In this document: positions 1 to 8,885 of the stretch, in pieces
How the letters are laid out: each line of letters begins with the position of its first letter
Position numbering within the stretch: position 1 is the stretch's first letter
Source: Cytophagales bacterium
Lineage (GTDB): Bacteria > Bacteroidota > Bacteroidia > Cytophagales > Cytophagaceae
Assembly: GCA_031416415.1 (NCBI GenBank)
Contig: JANOTP010000283.1
Location: 1-37,496, forward strand
Direction: 5' to 3'
DNA: 37,496 nt
Notes under the pieces: model-generated
Told to the model about the DNA's origin: nothing
Database searches by the model: none
The model's input: only the letters and a program-made list of their open reading frames with translations
Position numbers and translations under genes: made by a program

Positions 1-160
1 GTATTTGGTTTTTAAAATTGATAAATTAAAGATAAATACAACGATTTGGCTATGTGCAAACGCGAAACTTTACTGATTTCTATTGCCCAATTTGCCATAT
101 ACTAACCGTTGGCAGTAACCATAAAGACAGACACGTATCAAAAATCAAAACAGGAAGAAG

Positions 161-718
161 ATGAGCTACGACATATATTGCTATAAATCACGACTAGACA
201 GACCTGATTTAGAAGAAGCCCAAACTGCAATTGAAGTTGATGATGAAACAGAAACTATTTCTGACCCTGAAACAAAACAAAAAATTGTAAAAGCATTAAT
301 TGAATATAATCCAAGACTTGAAAGTTTTGATTTTGACTACCAAGAAATTGCTAAACTTCAAGGGATATCAATTGACGAAGCAAAAAAAGCATTTAGCCAT
401 ATTGAATTAAACACACCAGAAGGCGACCTTGCAACTCAAATTACAATATTTGACAACAATGTTTCGATCACTGTTCCATATTGGTATTCGGGAGACAAAG
501 CAACAGAAGTTTTTGATAAAATTTCTAATTATGCAAAAATTATTAGACAGGCAGTAGGTTATTTTGTCTACGACCCTCAAACAGACAAAGTATTTGACCC
601 ATTGACTGAAAATATATTTGGACTTGATGTTTATCAAAGTATGACAGGACAAGTTGAAAAAATGAAAACAGAACAATCACAAAAAATAGAGGAAAAACCT
701 TGGTGGAAATTTTGGTAA
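161..718 (+). CDS. hypothetical acidic protein (185 aa), first gene of a same-strand cassette
   Basis: Uninterrupted ORF in the track; acidic, no recognisable motifs; same strand and close spacing with downstream ORFs 739-3287. Confidence 0.5.
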   Translation: MSYDIYCYKSRLDRPDLEEAQTAIEVDDETETISDPETKQKIVKALIEYNPRLESFDFDYQEIAKLQGISIDEAKKAFSHIELNTPEGDLATQITIFDNNVSITVPYWYSGDKATEVFDKISNYAKIIRQAVGYFVYDPQTDKVFDPLTENIFGLDVYQSMTGQVEKMKTEQSQKIEEKPWWKFW

Positions 719-738
719 ACAGAAACAACAGGACAAGA

Positions 739-876
739 ATGGCTACTGCCAACATCGTATTCGTATTGGCAATGGTGGGGCTGACAGTTGCAAACTCAAC
801 ATTTGTAGTTCTATTAGGCATTTGTACAAATGCTGGACTAACGTTTTCCAAATGCCCCGCCATCGCCAATACTTAA
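739..876 (+). CDS. possible 45-aa hydrophobic small peptide (MATANIVFVLAMVGLTVANSTFVVLLGICTNAGLTFSKCPAIANT)
   Basis: Hand-translated ATG..TAA ORF below the track cutoff; TM-helix-like N-terminus, two Cys; sits between cassette genes on the same strand; local GC higher than surroundings. Confidence 0.3.
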   Translation: MATANIVFVLAMVGLTVANSTFVVLLGICTNAGLTFSKCPAIANT

Positions 877-919
877 ACCGTTACCTACAAGCTAAAAAAC
901 AGAAAGAAACTAAGAATTA

Positions 920-1963
920 ATGAAGAATGGAAAGCCTATATCGCTTAGACCAGTAATTTTAGGTGAAGCAGTTTCATTCCTTGAAACTGAAGGAATGGAA
1001 TGTTTAATTACTCAAAATGGTATCGTATCCCTTGTAAACGAATTAGTAAACTATCGAGAAGAAGGAAAGGACTTATTCCCCAATATATATATAGTAGATA
1101 GCATTGAATTGGTTCTTAAATCTTTACCTCTATCTCAACATTGTTATATAGGTCAAGGAGAAAAAACGAAAGAAACAATGTTAAGAGCGTTAAAAAAATG
1201 TGCGCCTCTTACTAAAGCCGACTGGTCAATATATATTCAACGAAACCTTGACAACTTTAGCTATGGTGTTTTTAGGGCAGGTACTTCCTTGTTATCAGTA
1301 ACTATTGAAGACTCCTTAATAAGGTATGGAACGGAGGAGATTAAAGTTATTTTGTTACATCAAATATCAGACAAACTAATTGAAATTAAAGGTGTGCAAA
1401 ATGAGCCTTTACTTATAAGTTTTGGAGGTAGAGAAGAAGCTAATAAATCACCCATTGAAAATCAAGACGAATTCATAAAAACAATAGTTAAAAATGTTGA
1501 TTGCAATCTAAAAGAGCAAACGTCAAATTTTTATATAAAAGTATTTAATGAAATTCTCAAAGTTGGCCATGGAACACTAGCATGTGTGATTAGTGGAAAC
1601 AAAAAAACAATACCCAAAAAGCTAGAAGATGGAATTATTTTAAAAGAAAGAATTAATATCCCACAAATTATTAAAGAATTATTAGCAAAAGATGACTTAC
1701 AAGCAAACTCTAAACTAAATGGTTTTTTTACAATTATTATAGGTATGATGGAAAGTGATGGCATAACAGTTTTCTCAGATACTGGAGATGTCGTTGCATA
1801 TAATGTTTTTATTAAACACCCCGACTCCATTGCCAAAACGAACACTTCAGGAGGCGCAAGAAGTAGAACATTCTTAACATTATGCCAACTAATAGGCAAA
1901 GGAATCGAATCTGTTTATATTCAATCACAAGATGGCAAAATAGAAATAAAAGATAATGAGTAA
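920..1963 (+). CDS. protein with C-terminal DisA_N/diadenylate-cyclase (DAC)-like domain, divergent motifs (DGI, RSR)
   Basis: C-terminal ~150 aa align by eye to the DAC domain of CdaA/DisA: VGHGTLACVIS ~ GALIVIE, ESDGITVFSDTGDVVAYNV ~ HDGAVIirgdrIvAAgc, TSGGARSRTFLTL..SVYIQSQDGKIEI ~ LGTRHRAALGLSE..IVVSEETGxISl. N-terminal 200 aa unknown and no TM helices, unlike canonical CdaA. Confidence 0.55.
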   Translation: MKNGKPISLRPVILGEAVSFLETEGMECLITQNGIVSLVNELVNYREEGKDLFPNIYIVDSIELVLKSLPLSQHCYIGQGEKTKETMLRALKKCAPLTKADWSIYIQRNLDNFSYGVFRAGTSLLSVTIEDSLIRYGTEEIKVILLHQISDKLIEIKGVQNEPLLISFGGREEANKSPIENQDEFIKTIVKNVDCNLKEQTSNFYIKVFNEILKVGHGTLACVISGNKKTIPKKLEDGIILKERINIPQIIKELLAKDDLQANSKLNGFFTIIIGMMESDGITVFSDTGDVVAYNVFIKHPDSIAKTNTSGGARSRTFLTLCQLIGKGIESVYIQSQDGKIEIKDNE

Positions 1964-3287
1964 CACAGAACTTGTAGTATGGCAAAACATTCCTTTGCCC
2001 ACTATACCAAAAGAAGTATCAAAAATTGAAGATTTAGTTACATACGGTGTACAACTTCAACTGAAAGATAAGAGACAAATTATCTCTGCTTTTAATAATA
2101 ATGCTTATGAAATGGTTTCAACTTATACTTGGACTAAAGCAATCACATCTCTCAAAAATCAATTAAGTAAAATGGGAGTGTCTTTTATTGCAGAAATGCT
2201 GGATAGACCTGACATAAATGAACATACTGACATTCAACAAGCTATTTCTGAATTTGAGGCAATACGTCTTGCTGAAGAATTTGGAGTGATTAGTGGCACC
2301 TCTGCCTTTAGATTGAAAAAGGCAATGGAAACGGTTACTCATTTCAATCAACCAGAACTTGAGGAAGATGAAGAAAGTGAAATGACTCAAGATGAAGCAC
2401 GAACAATTGTAAGAACTTGTATTCAAGGAATTTTAGGGTATAATAAAATTGAAGCTGCAATTGATTTTAAAAATTTTCGTATAGAATTAGAAGACCGTAC
2501 ACTTAACGCAGACAATCCTTATATTCTAAAACTTGTTCAAAGTCCTTACTTTTTTCATAGAACAGTAATTAGGATTTTACTTTCAATTGTTAAAACCTCA
2601 AATGGTGCTCAACTTGAAAATTCTCTGGCTAATTCAAATTTAATTATACCAATGTTATGGGGAAACTTACAACACCCTGAAAGATGGCAAATTGGGAGAA
2701 CATATTCTGAATTATTTACGAATGGTCAATCTATAGCAGCAAGTGGTCTAAAAAGAGTACTACTTAAGGTTAAAGGCTTTGATTTTGTTCCAGAGGATTT
2801 GCGCTCATCTTCATTTATAAAAGCTGCGAATGAAATTTTAACAGCTCATGAGGGAATGAATAATTTTTACAACGAACCGAAACCAGTGAGTACTTTATAT
2901 AATATGGGAAGCGTAATACCAACACCTGCTTTCCCTATTTGTATAACCGCTATTTTGTGTGTAAAACTTGGAAATGGCTATGGCGTATCGAATGCAGCAC
3001 AAGATATTGTAAATGATATTCTAAAAAACATATCTAAAGATAGATGGATTTATTTTTTTAAAGAATGTTTACAATATAATGATAGGATTCTATACAAGCT
3101 TAATTATGACAGGACATTAGATAGATGGTTAAGTTTATTCGATGAAACTTTAATTGACACTGTACTACTTGAAGTTCAAGAAAAGGACTTGATTAATCTT
3201 TTGAAATACACAAAAGACAAAGACAGAAACAGATTAATGAGGTTGGCTAGTCAAATGTATCAAAAAATTGGATACGCAAATAAATAG
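1956..3287 (+). CDS. hypothetical protein (443 aa), overlaps upstream gene by 8 nt (translationally coupled)
   Basis: Long ORF; start overlaps the stop of 920-1963; no recognisable domain. Confidence 0.7.
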   Translation: MSNTELVVWQNIPLPTIPKEVSKIEDLVTYGVQLQLKDKRQIISAFNNNAYEMVSTYTWTKAITSLKNQLSKMGVSFIAEMLDRPDINEHTDIQQAISEFEAIRLAEEFGVISGTSAFRLKKAMETVTHFNQPELEEDEESEMTQDEARTIVRTCIQGILGYNKIEAAIDFKNFRIELEDRTLNADNPYILKLVQSPYFFHRTVIRILLSIVKTSNGAQLENSLANSNLIIPMLWGNLQHPERWQIGRTYSELFTNGQSIAASGLKRVLLKVKGFDFVPEDLRSSSFIKAANEILTAHEGMNNFYNEPKPVSTLYNMGSVIPTPAFPICITAILCVKLGNGYGVSNAAQDIVNDILKNISKDRWIYFFKECLQYNDRILYKLNYDRTLDRWLSLFDETLIDTVLLEVQEKDLINLLKYTKDKDRNRLMRLASQMYQKIGYANK

Positions 3288-3360
3288 CCAGCAGGTAACA
3301 GCGTGTTGTGGTCAGTGCAGGTTTTCTGCTAGAGTAAACAGCGCAACTATTAATCTCCTG

Positions 3361-3392
3361 CTCGCGCAAGCATACGCTTGTGCCCTTTTTTA
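3361..3392 (+). terminator. rho-independent terminator for the cassette (GCGCAAGC-ATAC-GCTTGTGC + T6)
   Basis: GC-rich hairpin followed by cccttttttaa, directly downstream of the 443-aa ORF; a second hairpin TCAAGCGTAAGCTTGA follows. Confidence 0.6.
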
Positions 3393-3461
3393 ATTCAAGC
3401 GTAAGCTTGATACTCCGAAGGGACAATTCTGGTGCGACACCAGCCATGGCATTACGATTCT

Positions 3462-4229
3462 CTACAACTCAATCTCCACCATTACCGGAGCATGATCGGA
3501 ATGTTTGGCTTCCGAAAGAATCACACAACGTTTCAAACGGTCTCTCATTGGCTCTGTTACGACATGATAATCGATGCGCCAACCCAGATTACGTTCGCGT
3601 ATAGTTGGAAAACGTTGGCTCCACCAAGTATATTGATGTGGCTCTTGGTCAAAATGTCTGAAGGCATCAACGTATCCATTCGTAAAAAATTTCTCCATCC
3701 ACTCTCTTTCTTCTGGCAAATATCCAGAAGATTTGGCATTGGATTTAGGATTATGAATGTCAATAGGTTTATGACAAATGTTATAATCACCACAAATTAC
3801 CAAATTAGGTTTTTGCGCTCTCAGTTCATTGATGTATACATAAAAATCGTCCAACCATTTGTATTTAAAGCTTTGTCGTTCATTTCCACTTGTTCCTGAT
3901 GGCATATATACAGACATCACAGAGACAGTTCCAAAGTCTGCACGTATCACTCTTCCTTCAAAATCGTATACTGGTATTCCACAACCGATTTCCACATGAT
4001 CTGGTTTTATTTTTGTAAAAATAGCAGTACCACTATACCCTTTTTTTTCAGCAGGATTTAGAAAAATCTCATACCCCATTTCTTTAAACGCTGTCCAATC
4101 AACGTCCTTCTCTGTAGCCTTAATTTCTTGTAAACAAACAACGTCGGCATCTGTAGCTTTTAACCAATCTATAAATCCTTTTTTTATTGCGGCACGAAGA
4201 CCGTTTACGTTGTAAGTAATTATTTTCAT
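3462..4229 (-). CDS. xth: exodeoxyribonuclease III (AP endonuclease, ExoIII family)
   Basis: MKIITYNVNGLRAAIKKGF..VVCLQEIK..; full-length EEP-fold ExoIII-like sequence, 255 aa. Confidence 0.9.
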   Translation of the reverse strand: MKIITYNVNGLRAAIKKGFIDWLKATDADVVCLQEIKATEKDVDWTAFKEMGYEIFLNPAEKKGYSGTAIFTKIKPDHVEIGCGIPVYDFEGRVIRADFGTVSVMSVYMPSGTSGNERQSFKYKWLDDFYVYINELRAQKPNLVICGDYNICHKPIDIHNPKSNAKSSGYLPEEREWMEKFFTNGYVDAFRHFDQEPHQYTWWSQRFPTIRERNLGWRIDYHVVTEPMRDRLKRCVILSEAKHSDHAPVMVEIEL

Positions 4230-4268
4230 TTCTAACTTATTTTTTATTTTTTTAGAAACACAGTATAT

Positions 4269-4649
4269 TTATTCAAAAATTTCTTTTTCGAAATATTCTA
4301 CCACGTGCATCTGCAAAAATTTTTCTTGTTCTTCTACATTTAAATTTGGCACCTTTTTGCAATTTTTCCAATGCGGCCAACCGTCCTGATCCTGCGACTC
4401 TAGCTCATAATAGCCCGAATAACTTAAAATCTTACAAATTGCAATATGCATTAAATCTTGTTTCTGCTCTTTGGTAAATGTAAGTTGACCTTTCCCCAAT
4501 TCTTGAACACCAATCATAAAAAGTATGATATCCATATTAGGTTTTTTGCCCGTTAGTTGAATAAAATAGTAAACTACTTTCAACCATTTTTTTTCAAAAT
4601 CCTCTTCAATTATTATTTTAGGTTCGTTTTCTTCATTCTCCATAATCAT
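4269..4649 (-). CDS. hypothetical protein (126 aa)
   Basis: ORF only; acidic N-terminus. Confidence 0.5.
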   Translation of the reverse strand: MIMENEENEPKIIIEEDFEKKWLKVVYYFIQLTGKKPNMDIILFMIGVQELGKGQLTFTKEQKQDLMHIAICKILSYSGYYELESQDQDGWPHWKNCKKVPNLNVEEQEKFLQMHVVEYFEKEIFE

Positions 4650-4663
4650 TATTTATTATTTCC

Positions 4664-5125
4664 TTAACACCCCTTCATTTCAAATTCAATTTCTTTTTTT
4701 CTGTCGTCAGATTCTTTAAGGTATTCATGACCGCTTTTGATTTTCAAGTCTATTTGCGACAAACTTTTTTTAGCATCCTTCATTTTAGCAGCTTTTTCCG
4801 CCTTATCTGCCAATTTGATTCCTGTTTCACCATCTTTAAGTGCCTTTTGTGCCATGTCTAATGCTAGTTTCGCCTCTTCATTTGCGTCAGGACACTCTTT
4901 TGTTTTTTCTACATAACCTTTATATACTACTATGAGTTCTAAGGCTTTCGTTTTAACACTTTCGCAATTTTGACGTAATCTCTTGGCTTCTCCCTTTAGA
5001 TAATCGGTATTGGCAGAATCTTTCCCAATCATTTTTGGTTGAATTTTAACATCCTGAGCTATCAATTCTTGTCCACTCCAAAACAATAGGACCAGAACCA
5101 GAAGAATATTAATTTGTTTTTTAAT
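4664..5125 (-). CDS. secreted/periplasmic hypothetical protein, Lys/Ala-rich; likely start at MIKKQ (track ORF extends to 5137)
   Basis: Signal peptide MIKKQINILLVLVLLFWSGQELIAQD; low complexity. Confidence 0.55.
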   Translation of the reverse strand: MKKQINILLVLVLLFWSGQELIAQDVKIQPKMIGKDSANTDYLKGEAKRLRQNCESVKTKALELIVVYKGYVEKTKECPDANEEAKLALDMAQKALKDGETGIKLADKAEKAAKMKDAKKSLSQIDLKIKSGHEYLKESDDRKKEIEFEMKGC

Positions 5126-5160
5126 CATAGAAATCATTGTTTATCCCAATCAATCTAAAG

Positions 5161-5168
5161 TATATTTG
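5161..5168 (+). promoter_or_regulatory. Bacteroidetes-type -7 motif TATATTTG upstream of the 3-HAO gene
   Basis: Matches TAnnTTTG consensus ~65 nt upstream of ATG 5235; a second copy at 5226-5233 is too close to the ATG to serve it. Confidence 0.3.
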
Positions 5169-5234
5169 TTTGCAAGTATGCGCAATCGTTAATCTATACT
5201 TTATCTTCTGGTTAAAATTAGTAAATATATTTGT

Positions 5235-5762
5235 ATGTCAGTACTACGCCCCTTCAATATTAAAAAATGGATAGAAGAAAATCGTCATCTACTCAAGCCT
5301 CCCGTCGGAAACCAGCAGATATACAAGGGCAACGACGACTTCTTAGTCATGGTAGTAGGAGGACCCAACTCCAGAAAAGACTTTCATTACAACGAAGGCG
5401 AAGAGCTGTTTTATCAGTTAGAAGGAGATATCAACGTGCGCATTATAGAAGACAACAAGCAGGTGGACATCTCCATAAAAGAAGGCGATCTGTTCTTGCT
5501 TCCCGCTCGCACCGCCCATCTTCCTCAACGTAAAGCAAATACAATAGGTCTTGTCATAGAACGCTATAGAAATACAGCGGAAAAAGACGGTTGCATGTGG
5601 TTTTGTGAAAAATGCGACACTAAACTCTACGAAGAATTTTTTCAACTTACCGATATCGTAACGCAATTACCTATTGTTATGGAAAAATTTTATTCCTCAC
5701 TAGAGCATCGCACTTGTAAAAAATGCGGTGCTGTAATGGAACCTCCAATGAAACTAATTTAA
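5235..5762 (+). CDS. 3-hydroxyanthranilate 3,4-dioxygenase (cupin; kynurenine pathway to quinolinate/NAD)
   Basis: Typical 3-HAO sequence: ..WIEENRHLLKPPVGN..FHYNEGEELFYQLEGD..DLFLLPARTAHLPQR.. plus C-terminal Cys4 rubredoxin-like site (CEKC..CKKC). Confidence 0.85.
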   Translation: MSVLRPFNIKKWIEENRHLLKPPVGNQQIYKGNDDFLVMVVGGPNSRKDFHYNEGEELFYQLEGDINVRIIEDNKQVDISIKEGDLFLLPARTAHLPQRKANTIGLVIERYRNTAEKDGCMWFCEKCDTKLYEEFFQLTDIVTQLPIVMEKFYSSLEHRTCKKCGAVMEPPMKLI

Positions 5763-5860
5763 TAATTATTTGTTAGTTGTCACAAAAGCAAAACACTTTT
5801 ATGTATAAGTGTTTAAAAATTGCAAGTAACTAATTATCCATTACCTATATATTTTACAAA

Positions 5861-6874
5861 ATGAAAACAGGAGTATTGCTGGTAAATTTGGGAACCCCCG
5901 ACAGCACAAAAACATCGGATGTACGAAAATATTTAAGAGAATTTTTAATGGATTGGAGAGTCATCGATATTCCTTTTTTAAACCGATGGATGCTAGTCAA
6001 TTTAATTATCGCTCCTTTTCGTGCTCCTAAGTCGGGTCATGAATACAAAAAACTTTGGCAAGAAAAAGGTTCTCCTTTAAAATTTTATGGTCTTGAATTA
6101 CAAGAGCTACTTCAAAATACACTAGGCAATGACTATGTAGTTGGTTTCGGTATGCGATACCAAAACCCCAGCCTTGAAAAAGCAGTGGAAATTTTTAAAG
6201 GTAAAAGTATTGAGAAACTTATTGTAATTCCTTTATATCCCCAATACGCCTCTGCTTCCACTGGATCTTCGATTGAAGAGGTGATGAAGGTAATCGGTCA
6301 ATGGCAAATTATTCCTGAGCTAAAAATTATTAGTAATTTTTGTGACAATCCTTTATTTATAAAAGCCTTTGCAGAACTAGGGAAAAAATACTTAGCGAAA
6401 GAATCCTACGATCACATTATCTTTTCTTATCACGGTATTCCTGAAAGGCAAATTATAAAAGGTTCTGAAAAAAACCAGTGCCAACTTGGAGACTGTTGTA
6501 AAAATTATCACGCAAAGAACAAGTATTGTTATCGAGCCCAATGTTTTGAAACCACAAGGCTATTAGTAAAAGAACTTGGTTTGTCTGAAAATGATTACAC
6601 GATTTCCTTTCAATCAAGACTCGGTAAAACGCCTTGGATTAAACCTTACACGGACCATAAAATTGAGGCGTTGGCGAAAGCGGGCAAAAAGAAAATTCTG
6701 TTTTTCTCACCTTCTTTTGTAGCGGACTGTTTGGAAACGACAATTGAAGGTGGCGAAGAATACAAAGAACTCTTTGAAGAAAATGGCGGTCAACACTGGC
6801 AATTGGTTGAAAGTTTAAACACGAATGCTGCTTGGGTAGAATGTTTGAAAAACATGGTTTTGGAAAAACAATAG
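5861..6874 (+). CDS. hemH: ferrochelatase
   Basis: MKTGVLLVNLGTPDS..VRKYLREFL.D.RVIDIP..; full-length 337 aa. Confidence 0.9.
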   Translation: MKTGVLLVNLGTPDSTKTSDVRKYLREFLMDWRVIDIPFLNRWMLVNLIIAPFRAPKSGHEYKKLWQEKGSPLKFYGLELQELLQNTLGNDYVVGFGMRYQNPSLEKAVEIFKGKSIEKLIVIPLYPQYASASTGSSIEEVMKVIGQWQIIPELKIISNFCDNPLFIKAFAELGKKYLAKESYDHIIFSYHGIPERQIIKGSEKNQCQLGDCCKNYHAKNKYCYRAQCFETTRLLVKELGLSENDYTISFQSRLGKTPWIKPYTDHKIEALAKAGKKKILFFSPSFVADCLETTIEGGEEYKELFEENGGQHWQLVESLNTNAAWVECLKNMVLEKQ

Positions 6875-6962
6875 TAAACAGCTACACTATAAAGAATTAT
6901 AACCTTTGCAGGTTGAAATCGTATTAAAGTCTTATTATATTTTTAAACCTTAATAAACCCTT

Positions 6963-7478
6963 ATGAAAAAAAAACTATTACTTCTTTGTGTTGGAGTATT
7001 TTTGGTATTTTCGACACAGGCCCAGAATAAAAAAGCGGCCAAATACAACAACAAGATTATTGACATTCAGTACAAACTAGTACCTGATGTGGTAAATTTC
7101 TTCAAAGCATTTGAAGGAGGAAACCTTACAGATCTAAAATCCAAAAAAGAGATCCTTTCCAAAGATTTTAACGCAGCCATTGCGAAAGTAAAAAAAATGA
7201 AGGCTTTTGAAGGAGATATAGCATTAAGAGATGCGGCTCTAGAATGGTTTAATCTTTATAAAGGCAGTCTTGACGCAGAGTACAATCATATTATCGAGTT
7301 AGCATCAAAGCCTAAAGACAAACGTACTCCAGAAGACAAGGCTAAACTTCAGAAACTTTCAGATGAATTGATTGGTAAAGAAACCGAAATTGACCTTAAG
7401 TTTGAAGCCGCTCAAGTTACATTTTCCAAAAAACATGGATTGGAACTGAAAAGCTACGAGATTGGCCAAACTAATTAA
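6963..7478 (+). CDS. secreted hypothetical protein (171 aa)
   Basis: Signal peptide MKKKLLLLCVGVFLVFSTQAQ; Lys-rich. Confidence 0.55.
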   Translation: MKKKLLLLCVGVFLVFSTQAQNKKAAKYNNKIIDIQYKLVPDVVNFFKAFEGGNLTDLKSKKEILSKDFNAAIAKVKKMKAFEGDIALRDAALEWFNLYKGSLDAEYNHIIELASKPKDKRTPEDKAKLQKLSDELIGKETEIDLKFEAAQVTFSKKHGLELKSYEIGQTN

Positions 7479-7502
7479 TCTATAACCTTAGACCTTCAAA
7501 AC

Positions 7503-7634
7503 ATGAAAAAGACATATATCGCCTATATAATTATTCTACTATCCGCAATAACACTGGACTCTTGTGTGAGGGCCAATCCTCATTGTAAAAAAGCCCACAA
7601 AAACATTAAAAAACTTCACTTAAGTAACTGGTAA
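7503..7634 (+). CDS. possible 43-aa small lipoprotein-like peptide (MKKTYIAYIIILLSAITLDSCVRANPHCKKAHKNIKKLHLSNW)
   Basis: Hand-translated; signal-like N-terminus followed by Cys; immediately followed by a strong terminator. Confidence 0.3.
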   Translation: MKKTYIAYIIILLSAITLDSCVRANPHCKKAHKNIKKLHLSNW

Positions 7635-7655
7635 TTTTAGACCCTCAGAAAAAAA

Positions 7656-7684
7656 GGGAAGCGCCATGCTTCCCTTTTTTTTTA
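7656..7684 (+). terminator. rho-independent terminator GGGAAGCGCCATGCTTCCC + T9 (A-run upstream, so bidirectional-capable)
   Basis: Perfect 7-bp GC stem followed by a T-run. Confidence 0.7.
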
Positions 7685-7711
7685 TATTTTTTCGAATTTT
7701 CTTGATGTTGA

Positions 7712-7719
7712 TAACTTTG
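7712..7719 (+). promoter_or_regulatory. -7 motif TAACTTTG upstream of the LacI-family regulator
   Basis: TAnnTTTG match ~65 nt upstream of GTG start 7783. Confidence 0.25.
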
Positions 7720-7782
7720 TTTATTATTATTGCGGTAACGAAAACGATACAGAGATTCAATCAATTAACCTAAAGCCCAGCC

Positions 7783-8862
7783 GTGGATAAACCTATAGAG
7801 ATTTTTCAGACCAAAATCAGAATAAAAGATATTGCAGAACGCGCAAATGTTTCAGTAGGAACCGTAGATAGAGTACTTCACAACCGAGGAGAAGTAGCTC
7901 AAGAAACTAGAGATCTAATCAAGAAGATAATTGCAGAATTAGAATATAAGCCCAATATTATAGCAAGTGTTTTGGCTATGAAAAAGCCTTTCCGTATCGC
8001 CGTACTTATGCCCTTACCAACAGACCAAGATTCTTATTGGAAGTTACATCTTACAGGCATTGAGTTGGCAGTAAAAGAATTGAGCCATTTTGGCGTTTCC
8101 ATTCAAAAATACTTTTTTGAGATCACCAGCGAAGAATCTCTTCGACTACAATACGATCAGTTGCTGGAAAATAAACCAGATGCCGTTTTAATGGTTCCTG
8201 TATTCGCAACAGCAAATAAATATATTACCGATAAACTTATAGAAGAAAACATTCCATTTTCATTTATTGATACTACAACCGAAGGAGATGGTGAACTATC
8301 TTTCTTCGGCCAAAACTCCTACCAAAGTGGCTATTTAGCAGCCAAATTAATGAGTTATGGCGTCTCTAAAGAAACTACTGTCCTTATTATAAACGTGGGC
8401 TGTGATCAGTATAGTGGCCCACACCATGCCGAACGAATAAAAGGTTTTAAAGCTTATCTCAACGAAAACAATATTACCGAAACAAAAGTCCGTATTATTG
8501 ATATCCCTTCTACACAAGAACAGGATGTTAAAGCAGCTTTAACGTCCGCTTTTTTTGATTACTCTTTTGTTAGAGGATTATTTGTAACCGGCTATGAGGT
8601 ACATCGGGTAGCAAAATTTGTGGACGATAAAAAACTAGGAAACATTCGAATGATTGGATATGACCTGCTTGAAAGTAATATTCATTATCTGAAAAAAGGC
8701 ACCATCGATTTCCTAATCAGTCAAAAACCAGAAAACCAAGGATTCCGAGGCGTCATGAATTTGTTTAATACGCTCGTCTTAAAACAGCCTATTGCGCCTA
8801 AAATACCAATGCCTATTGACATAATTACCAGTGAAAATGTAGATTTTTATCTATATTTGTAG
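7783..8862 (+). CDS. LacI family transcriptional regulator (GTG start)
   Basis: N-terminal HTH IKDIAERANVSVGTVDRVLHNRGEV.. followed by a periplasmic-binding-protein-like sugar-binding core. Confidence 0.8.
   Translation: MDKPIEIFQTKIRIKDIAERANVSVGTVDRVLHNRGEVAQETRDLIKKIIAELEYKPNIIASVLAMKKPFRIAVLMPLPTDQDSYWKLHLTGIELAVKELSHFGVSIQKYFFEITSEESLRLQYDQLLENKPDAVLMVPVFATANKYITDKLIEENIPFSFIDTTTEGDGELSFFGQNSYQSGYLAAKLMSYGVSKETTVLIINVGCDQYSGPHHAERIKGFKAYLNENNITETKVRIIDIPSTQEQDVKAALTSAFFDYSFVRGLFVTGYEVHRVAKFVDDKKLGNIRMIGYDLLESNIHYLKKGTIDFLISQKPENQGFRGVMNLFNTLVLKQPIAPKIPMPIDIITSENVDFYLYL
8852..8859 (+). promoter_or_regulatory. -7 motif TATATTTG overlapping the 3' end of the LacI gene, ~27 nt upstream of ATG 8886
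   Basis: TAnnTTTG match. Confidence 0.3.
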
Positions 8863-8885
8863 CCTTACAAAAAACGCCAAACTTT

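Noticed and set aside
407-1899. Antisense ORFs 407-676, 543-869 and 1531-1899
   Set aside because: Embedded antisense within longer, better-supported plus-strand genes.
5267-5533. 88-aa Arg-rich ORF in an alternative frame
   Set aside because: Lies entirely inside the well-supported 3-hydroxyanthranilate dioxygenase gene; its low-complexity basic composition is typical of an out-of-frame artefact.
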